Assembly: GCA_020845875.1 (NCBI GenBank)
Contig: JADLEY010000009.1
Location: 3,907-67,906 of the forward strand
Direction: 5' to 3'
Length of the DNA stretch: 64,000 nt
From: Candidatus Nomurabacteria bacterium
GTDB taxonomy: Bacteria; Patescibacteriota; Minisyncoccia; Phycocordibacterales; UBA9973
A program made the translations under genes and the position numbers. Each line of letters begins with the position of its first letter. Position 1 is the stretch's first letter. This document shows, one piece after another, positions 49,802 to 56,307 of the stretch. Under the pieces are notes generated by a model. It ran no database searches and was not told the origin of the DNA. It saw only the letters and a list, made by a program, of their open reading frames with translations.

Positions 49802-51124
49802 ATGACACAATCAAACACTCTCGCGTCGGTGTCGACGCAGCCCGTATCTCCTAAAAAGGAGAAAGAGTACGGGCAAAAGACGGTGAAGTTCTATGTAACT
49901 CCCAGTCTCCATACCGAGCGCGTGCTCTGGTATATCTCGCACCTGCACAAGCGGGTGTGGAATCATATGCAGGCCATCTGTCAAGGCGACTTCGGTCACA
50001 TTGACACAGTGCTGGATAAGGTAAATCTAAAAGGGCAGGAAGAAATCCAGAAGTTAAAAGACTTCAAAGAAAGTATGCCCCCCATTGAGAAAACCTTTGA
50101 TTATGCTGGTGGAGCATCAACAACAGTATCCATCAAGCCGACCCGTCCGATTTCAGAATTCGGCATGCTCTATGCACTTGGCCCTATTCGCAATGCTGAC
50201 CCAGAGCTTTTGCAACTGCCACTCAACGACTTACAAAAGCCGTGTCGTGTGCTTGCAAAGAGCTGGAAGTCATTCTTTGAGCTCAACAAGCGTGGCGACA
50301 CCGAAGCTCGTCCGCCGAGGATGAAAAACGATTTGTTTTTCTTTACTTTGCAATGGGAAAAGCCGAAAGTAGTAAGATACGGTACCGACACTGTACTTCT
50401 CGTTAACCACAAGATTAACGGAATTGAAGGTATCGGTATTACGTTGCCACTATATGTGAGCAATCTGCTTTCTGAAAAAAGTACACGGTATGTAACCATT
50501 AAGCGCACATTCCCATTTTGGGACAGGCGTTCAAAGTTTGAGGTGAACATTGTGTATGAGACAGAGCGAGTGGAGACGCTTCCTATTGATGCTCATACAA
50601 AGTATGCAGGAGTAGATTTAGGAGCTCGGAGAATCATTCTCATACAGGATGGTATGGTGAAAACGTGGCATCTCGAAAAATGGGATCAATACTTCACCAA
50701 GCAACGCCAAGCTATCGAAGCCCGCATGGCCACCAAGATCAAAGGCTCTCGTGCACATGTTGCACTCTTTGATGCCCGTACCAAGCTTTCTAAAAAGTGG
50801 GCGGATAAGCAAAAGGATGCACAGCGCAAGATTGCCTATGAGATGGTCCAATTTGCCGATGTATTTTTTGTAGGCGAAACTACGATTCGTCTCGGGCTTG
50901 CAAAGTCTGAAAAAGGCTCAAAAGGCCAGCATCGTGCCGTGCAAAACACCGGCAATCTTGCACGCTTTGTCCGATTTTTGAAAGAAAAAGCGATTGAGCG
51001 CGGCAAGCAAGTGATTGAGGTTCCTGATTTTATTTCTGATGGAGACAAAACCATACGGAAAGTGGAGTCAGCGGTGCGTCATCTGGAGTACGGATTGGCA
51101 GAACAAAAGAAGAATGAACGATAA
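49802..51124 (+). CDS. Compact TnpB/Cas12f-like type V effector, predicted nuclease-inactive
   Basis: TnpB-like N-terminus (KTVKFYVTPS..KRVWN), LAKSWKSFF..RPPRMK, RuvC-I AGVDLG, bridge helix KIKGSR; RuvC-II FVGE; no CxxC zinc finger; RuvC-III-like RKVESAVRHL; next to cas1 and an array. Confidence 0.8.
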   Translation: MTQSNTLASVSTQPVSPKKEKEYGQKTVKFYVTPSLHTERVLWYISHLHKRVWNHMQAICQGDFGHIDTVLDKVNLKGQEEIQKLKDFKESMPPIEKTFDYAGGASTTVSIKPTRPISEFGMLYALGPIRNADPELLQLPLNDLQKPCRVLAKSWKSFFELNKRGDTEARPPRMKNDLFFFTLQWEKPKVVRYGTDTVLLVNHKINGIEGIGITLPLYVSNLLSEKSTRYVTIKRTFPFWDRRSKFEVNIVYETERVETLPIDAHTKYAGVDLGARRIILIQDGMVKTWHLEKWDQYFTKQRQAIEARMATKIKGSRAHVALFDARTKLSKKWADKQKDAQRKIAYEMVQFADVFFVGETTIRLGLAKSEKGSKGQHRAVQNTGNLARFVRFLKEKAIERGKQVIEVPDFISDGDKTIRKVESAVRHLEYGLAEQKKNER

Positions 51125-51128
51125 CGAT

Positions 51129-51156
51129 AAGCCTCGCAGTACTGCGAGGCTTTTTT
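51129..51156 (+). terminator. Intrinsic terminator between effector and cas1
   Basis: AAGCCTCGCAGT/ACTGCGAGGCTT perfect palindrome followed by a T run. Confidence 0.8.
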
Positions 51157-51172
51157 GTGTTAGGATACGAAT

Positions 51173-51904
51173 ATGAATGCGAAATGGCTTGAGCATCTTC
51201 TAGAATACCGCGTCTCTGAGCATCGTGTTGTGGCTCTGCAGACACTTCTGCGAGAAAAGATTGCACGGCAAGCCACTGCTGCACGTCGGTACAAGAAACA
51301 ATTTGTTCCGCCGAAAGTATTGCAGGAGACAAATGAAAAGAAATTACTTCTCATTGAAGCGCGCTATGCACGCATGTACTGGAGCGCATTTGCTCGAGCA
51401 CTTCCGAAGTGGTGCGCATGGAAGGGGAGGGTGCCGCACGGTACTGATGTTGCAAACAAATTGCTTGATATCGGGTATCATACACTCTCGCTTATTCTTC
51501 AAAAGAAGTGTGAAGCACTCAATATACCGACTGAGGTTGGACTCCTTCACAGAGCACAGTCGGCAAAAGCGCATCCGCTTGTCTATGATCTCATGGAACC
51601 ATTTCGAGTGCATGTAGTAGATGAAGTACTCATGACCTTTTTCCATATGAAAAAGCATCCGATTGTGCAAGTAGATCAGATAATAGTACAAGAATTTTTG
51701 CATGAGGTGTATGCGATACTACATCGGCAGTACTATCACCGTGAGCGCCGTGTTTGTATCAGTTTTTCTTATTGGATTGATCTTGTTTTGCTCGGACTTC
51801 GAGGAGCAGTATCTGGCCAGCGTAAGTTTAAGCCACTTTGGACACCACTGCGCCACGAAACTCGGTGTAATAGAAAACCTCCGACTACAATGTCGGAGGT
51901 CTAA
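51173..51904 (+). CDS. cas1: CRISPR-associated Cas1, N-terminally truncated (243 aa)
   Basis: LLLIEARYARMYW, ANKLLDIGY, GLLH, LVYDLMEPFR..VD; catalytic E, H and D/E retained. Confidence 0.88.
   Translation: MNAKWLEHLLEYRVSEHRVVALQTLLREKIARQATAARRYKKQFVPPKVLQETNEKKLLLIEARYARMYWSAFARALPKWCAWKGRVPHGTDVANKLLDIGYHTLSLILQKKCEALNIPTEVGLLHRAQSAKAHPLVYDLMEPFRVHVVDEVLMTFFHMKKHPIVQVDQIIVQEFLHEVYAILHRQYYHRERRVCISFSYWIDLVLLGLRGAVSGQRKFKPLWTPLRHETRCNRKPPTTMSEV
51874..51900 (-). terminator. Terminator for the minus-strand array transcript
   Basis: ACCTCCGAC-TACAAT-GTCGGAGGT 9-bp stem with an A tract on the left, giving a U tract on the minus strand. Confidence 0.65.
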
Positions 51905-51920
51905 ATAAAATAATGCAGTT

Positions 51921-52154
51921 TCTTTAGTGGAGGTTTTGGGTCGCCGACGCCGGGGTCCCGTATTTCACGGTGCGTACCCAACCACCCAATCTCTTTAATG
52001 GAGGTTTTGGGTAAGCGTGCCCTGACTGCCCGTGATGAGCTGTGTGTACCCAACCACCCAATCTCTTTAATGGAGGTTTTGGGTTTCCTCTGGAACAGTA
52101 CAAGAAATAATGACAGTACCCAACCACCCAATCTCTTTAATGGAGGTTTTGGGT
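51921..52154 (-). CRISPR. Mini CRISPR array: 3 full 39-nt repeats, 1 degenerate repeat, 3 spacers (32, 33, 31 nt)
   Basis: GTACCCAACCACCCAATCTCTTTAATGGAGGTTTTGGGT at 51974, 52046 and 52116; partial copy at 51921-51941; unique spacers; adjacent to cas1. Confidence 0.93.
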
Positions 52155-52333
52155 ATAAAAAGGTGGTTTTTCCTGCGTAAAGCAGGCTTCATCTGACAGT
52201 TTTTGCTGTCAGCGGCCGGGGTACTCGGCAAATGCTCTTTCAAGAGCTGCATATTTTGTAATCTGAGAAAAATAGCTTTTTCCCTATAAAATAGGGGGTA
52301 TTTTTCTCATCTCTAGTAAAAGAACTGCTATAT
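52155..52333 (-). ncRNA. Structured array leader / candidate tracr- or scout-like RNA
   Basis: Five consecutive hairpins between the minus-strand promoter and the first repeat. Confidence 0.5.
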
Positions 52334-52338
52334 GTGCT

Positions 52339-52367
52339 ATGATAGCACATGCTATATGATTCGTCAA
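52339..52367 (-). promoter_or_regulatory. Promoter facing the CRISPR array, overlapping the uvrC start
   Basis: TTGACG-N17-TATCAT on the minus strand; palindrome ATGTGCTAT-G-ATAGCACAT over the -10. Confidence 0.65.
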
Positions 52368-53555
52368 GATTTGAACAAGTACAAATTGCCGGATGCTCCC
52401 GGAGTATATTTTTGGCTTGGAGAGAAAGGGAAGATACTCTACATTGGCAAGGCGACGAGTTTGCGCGATCGCGTGCGCAGCTATTTCGCGCCCGATCTCA
52501 TACATACCCGAGGACCGCGGCTCGTGGATATGGTGTTCAAAGCAAAGAAGATAGACTGGCAGGAGACTGGTAGTGTGCTCGAAGCGCTCATTCTCGAGGC
52601 GAACCTTATCAAGAAGCATCAGCCGTACTACAACAGCGACGAAAAGGACGATAAGAGCTGGAACATGGTGGTGATAACCCGTGAAGTGTACCCACGCGTG
52701 CTCCTTGCGCGGCAAAAAGGATTGGACAAGAAAAGTATGGCGGCAGTATTCGGGCCATTTCCAAAAAGCAGCTCACTAAAAGAAGCCCTTGCTATCATCC
52801 GTAAGATTTTTCCATTTCGTGATCGTGCGAGCGCGATGAAGGACAAAGAAGCGTTTTATCGCCAGCTTGGGCTGTCGCCCGATGTGCGTACAAGCGGGGC
52901 GGCGAAGGCGTACCGCAAAAATATCGGCCGCATTAAGCTCATGCTTAGAGGCAAGTTCAGCACCCTCAAGGCAGTACTAACTAAAGAAATGAATACAGCA
53001 GCAAAAGCCGAGCAGTTTGAAGAAGCGGCAGCGCTTCGCGGGAAGCTCTTTGCGCTGGAACATATCAAAGACGTCTCCCTCATCAAGCGCGAGCACACGC
53101 AAGTACGCGGCGATTTCCGTATAGAGGCGTATGACATCGCACATCTCTCCGGCAAGCAAATGGTGGGTGTGATGACGGTCGTCGAGGGCGATAGGGCAGA
53201 GAAGAGCGAGTACCGCAAGTTCATTGTTCGCGGTTTTGACAAAAGCAATGATGCTGGAGCGCTCACTGAAGTGCTCACGCGCCGTCTCGCGCATACCGAG
53301 TGGCTGTATCCGCAGCTTATTGTCGTGGACGGTAATGCGATACAGCTCAATGCTGCGCGCAAAGTATTGAGAAGTGCGCAGCTCGACATTCCAATCGTTG
53401 CCGTGACCAAGGACGAACACCACAAACCCAAGTCGCTCTCCGGTGACAAAGCACTCATCGCTACCCACAAATATGCTATTCTGCTCGCTAATCACGAGGC
53501 GCATCGCTTCGCGGTGACGTTCCACAGAGCGCGCCGCAAGAAAGCAATGGTATAA
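52356..53555 (+). CDS. uvrC: Excinuclease ABC subunit C, short form
   Basis: LPDAPGVY..LYIGKATSLRDRVRSYF (GIY-YIG), UVR domain, IEAYDIAH, VVDG, EAHRFA; no HhH tail. Confidence 0.9.
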   Translation: MIRQDLNKYKLPDAPGVYFWLGEKGKILYIGKATSLRDRVRSYFAPDLIHTRGPRLVDMVFKAKKIDWQETGSVLEALILEANLIKKHQPYYNSDEKDDKSWNMVVITREVYPRVLLARQKGLDKKSMAAVFGPFPKSSSLKEALAIIRKIFPFRDRASAMKDKEAFYRQLGLSPDVRTSGAAKAYRKNIGRIKLMLRGKFSTLKAVLTKEMNTAAKAEQFEEAAALRGKLFALEHIKDVSLIKREHTQVRGDFRIEAYDIAHLSGKQMVGVMTVVEGDRAEKSEYRKFIVRGFDKSNDAGALTEVLTRRLAHTEWLYPQLIVVDGNAIQLNAARKVLRSAQLDIPIVAVTKDEHHKPKSLSGDKALIATHKYAILLANHEAHRFAVTFHRARRKKAMV

Positions 53556-53562
53556 TGTTCGC

Positions 53563-54531
53563 ATGATGCGTCGTATCGGTATATTGCGTGGCGGGGTGAG
53601 TCCTGAATACCACATTTCTCTCAAGACGGGGGCGAATGTCCAGCGCGCACTTGAAGACGCAGGTTTTGAAGCGGTAGATATGCTGCTCGACAAAGAGGGG
53701 GTGCTGCATATCAAGGGTATCCCTGCCGATCTCGAAAAGGCGCAGGCGAGCGTGGATGCCATTTGGAATGCGCTTCATGGACAATTTGGCGAAGACGGCA
53801 GTGTGCAGGAGCTTCTGGACAATTTTGGTATCCCGTATACAGGCAGCGGGAGACTTACCAGTGCGATGGCCTTTCACAAAGAAAAGGCAAAAGAGCACGC
53901 AAGAGCGCTTGGACTCAATGTCCCACCGCATCTACTTGTACTCCCTGACGAAGGCGCATCGGTATCGCAGATCGCCGGAAACATTTATCGTACAATGGCG
54001 CCTCCGTGGGTGGTGAAGCCGCTCTTGGGCGGAGGAAGTGTGCAGACCTATTTTGCGTTTACCCCACTTGAATTGGCAGAAGCCGTTGAGAAGTGCCTCA
54101 CCGCAGGAAGCCCCTTTCTCACAGAGCAATATATCTATGGAAAGGAAGCTGCTGTGGGGGTCATCGACCGGTTTCGCAATCAGGATAAGTATACGCTGCC
54201 GGCAGTAGAGGTGGTCTCTGGTGCCCGCGGTGTGCTCTCACACGACGCGCGTACTTCGGGCGAGCCGTATGTGCGAGAGGGGCGCCCTTTTCGTCCACAA
54301 GAACGCGAACAACTCGGTCTTGCTGCACAGCAGCTCCACCAGTCGCTCGGCGCACGTGGGTATTCACAGAGCGAGTTTGTCGTAGATAGAAATGGCAAAG
54401 TGTGGTTTATCGAGTTTGATACGCACCCACATCTGCATGATGAGGCGCCATTTCTCGAAGCGCTGCGTTCGGTAGGTGCGACGCTGGCAGAATTTGTACA
54501 ATCAGTCATCGGCGGATTGCAGAAAAAATAA
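53563..54531 (+). CDS. D-Ala-D-Ala ligase-like ATP-grasp protein with divergent active site
   Basis: GGVSPEYHISL, NALHGQFGEDG, GIPYTGSG, VVKP; C-terminal motifs altered. Confidence 0.8.
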   Translation: MMRRIGILRGGVSPEYHISLKTGANVQRALEDAGFEAVDMLLDKEGVLHIKGIPADLEKAQASVDAIWNALHGQFGEDGSVQELLDNFGIPYTGSGRLTSAMAFHKEKAKEHARALGLNVPPHLLVLPDEGASVSQIAGNIYRTMAPPWVVKPLLGGGSVQTYFAFTPLELAEAVEKCLTAGSPFLTEQYIYGKEAAVGVIDRFRNQDKYTLPAVEVVSGARGVLSHDARTSGEPYVREGRPFRPQEREQLGLAAQQLHQSLGARGYSQSEFVVDRNGKVWFIEFDTHPHLHDEAPFLEALRSVGATLAEFVQSVIGGLQKK

Positions 54532-54568
54532 ATGCCTCCGGTGATGGAGGCATGGAGCAGTACTATTT

Positions 54569-55036
54569 TTATGCACAACTACTCATACGAGCATAGCGCT
54601 CGAGTGAGGCGACCATTCCTTCAAAAAAGCACGACATCTTTTCAGGATTGTAGACAGATTCGCTAAGGAGACCAATGATCTCTTCATAATAGGTATTGCA
54701 CGTGTACTTTTCCGGATACAGTAGAAGGGCTTGTTGGATGCCGTCCTGACAGAGAGCAAGGACAACACTGAAGCGTTTATGCTTTGTTTTCCTTTTTTGA
54801 TAGACAAAGTCAGAAAGCGTTGCAACAGTAAGTTCGCGTTCCTTTAAGGTAATGCGTCGCGAGTTACGACCGTACTGGCAGAGCTGAGCAATCTTCCAAA
54901 GGAGGTACAGTCCGTATTGGTGGGTAGTAAATGAAACCGGAGCTACCCCTTCCAGTGCTCGATTTGCCAAAATAATAAATTTCCGTATCGGGGGGAATGG
55001 TTTAACACGTCTCCGTCTCTTTTTTGTCTTTATCAT
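54569..55036 (-). CDS. Hypothetical basic protein
   Basis: 155-aa ORF with TTGACA-N17-TATTGT upstream and hairpin 54532-54553 downstream. Confidence 0.55.
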   Translation of the reverse strand: MIKTKKRRRRVKPFPPIRKFIILANRALEGVAPVSFTTHQYGLYLLWKIAQLCQYGRNSRRITLKERELTVATLSDFVYQKRKTKHKRFSVVLALCQDGIQQALLLYPEKYTCNTYYEEIIGLLSESVYNPEKMSCFFEGMVASLERYARMSSCA

Positions 55037-55123
55037 AAAAAACTATTTTTCCACTACAATACATATAGATGTATACATTGTCAATGGAGGAATGGTTTCT
55101 TATTTTTGTTATAATTCTTTTGT

Positions 55124-56128
55124 ATGGAAGACAAAAAATTGACACCCGCATTTTTCTTTCTCTCTATTGGAGTAGTAGCGTCGCTCATCGTTAGTGTGAC
55201 CGCTTTTCTTCGACTCGTTTTTGCGACGCTCGACAAAGTATTCCCCGATGTCCTCTCTGGCATGTATCAGTACGGATACTCTTCGAGTAGCTTCGAACAG
55301 ATGCGTGTCTCGACCGCGATGCTCATAATCGTGGTGCCGGTATTTTTTATACTCTCTCGTCAATGGATGCGTTTGCAGCGGGCAGGACTCTCTCACTGGG
55401 ATTCCGTCCTTCGCAAATGGGTCATCTTGCTCATCCTCTTTGTTGCAAGCGTTGTTGCTGTTGTAGATTTGGTGGTGTTGGTGAGCTACTTTGTTTCGGG
55501 AGAAATCACTGTCCGATTTGTACTGAAGGTACTCGCGACACTCATCGCGGTGGGCATTCCAGGCTGGTACTATGCGCAACTGCTTAGTACAGATAATACT
55601 CGCTGTAAACAGATCGAAAAGTGGGCAGGAATTAAGAGTAGTGTCTTGGTACTCGCTGCGATTGTGTGGGCATTTACGGTGATGGGCTCTCCCTTTGCGC
55701 AGCGTGCGCTTCGTCTCGATCAGCGTCGTATTGAAGATCTCCAGTCAATTCAGTGGCAGATTGTGAACTACTGGCAGCAGCGAGAGAGGCTTCCCGAATC
55801 GTTTGGTGATATGGCTGATCCTCTCTCTGGCGTATCGCTTGCACGTGATCCAGAATTTCAAAAAGGGAAGGAGTATGAATACAAAAAGACTGGTGATATG
55901 TCATTTGAGCTCTGCGCGACATTTGCAGAGCCGCTACCTGAAGGATGGGTAGAGTATGGCAACAAGGGCGGTTATGGGGGCGAAGTGATGCCGATGCGTG
56001 ATAGTGCGGTATCCAGCGCACCTTACTACGGCAATGCAGATAGCTGGGATCATAAGGCAGGTCGTACCTGCTTTGCCCGCACTATTGATCCCGAACTCTA
56101 CCCTCCATACCCAAAACCAGAGCGATAG
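55124..56128 (+). CDS. DUF5671-like membrane protein
   Basis: Several TM helices, GEITVRFVLK, GSP..R..RLDQRRIEDLQSI, FELCATF. Confidence 0.7.
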   Translation: MEDKKLTPAFFFLSIGVVASLIVSVTAFLRLVFATLDKVFPDVLSGMYQYGYSSSSFEQMRVSTAMLIIVVPVFFILSRQWMRLQRAGLSHWDSVLRKWVILLILFVASVVAVVDLVVLVSYFVSGEITVRFVLKVLATLIAVGIPGWYYAQLLSTDNTRCKQIEKWAGIKSSVLVLAAIVWAFTVMGSPFAQRALRLDQRRIEDLQSIQWQIVNYWQQRERLPESFGDMADPLSGVSLARDPEFQKGKEYEYKKTGDMSFELCATFAEPLPEGWVEYGNKGGYGGEVMPMRDSAVSSAPYYGNADSWDHKAGRTCFARTIDPELYPPYPKPER

Positions 56129-56207
56129 AAGAAGTTAAATCATACAATGTGTTGCATTGTATGACTTTTCTTTTTAAATGGTACACTGATTTCGAAATTC
56201 CTTATTT

Positions 56208-56289
56208 ATGTATGCCGCATCATTTTTCACGTATTGGTGGAATAGTTCAAAACGATAAACTATCAGCCCCTTTTCAAGGGGGCTTTTTT
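56208..56289 (+). promoter_or_regulatory. Attenuator-like leader of leuS (16-aa uORF plus terminator)
   Basis: uORF MYAASFFTYWWNSSKR* (56208-56258) followed by AGCCCCTT-TTC-AAGGGGGCT-TTTTT, ending ~18 nt before the leuS ATG. Confidence 0.55.
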
Positions 56290-56307
56290 ATGGAAAAATC
56301 GTAGGAC

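Larger units (their letters stand above)
48432..52369 (+). repeat. Four exact copies of 15-bp TATGATTCGTCAAGA (48432, 48739, 49718, 52355)
   Basis: Read directly. The reverse complement contains TTGACG with a -10 hexamer 16-17 nt away; the last copy spans the uvrC start codon. Confidence 0.9.

Noticed and set aside
49802-51124. IS200/IS605 or IS607 insertion sequence
   Set aside because: No tnpA or serine recombinase; the gene has its own promoter and terminator and is followed by cas1 and an array. A decayed-IS origin is not fully excluded
51874-51882. AAAACCTCC as an anti-repeat
   Set aside because: Only 9 nt and embedded in a terminator stem inside the cas1 3' end; better explained as a terminator
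51942-52115. Self-targeting spacers within the window
   Set aside because: No match noticed by eye; an exhaustive search could not be run
51901-52252. Short ORFs with repeated peptides (PKTSIKEIGWLGT etc.)
   Set aside because: They are translations of the CRISPR repeats, not genes
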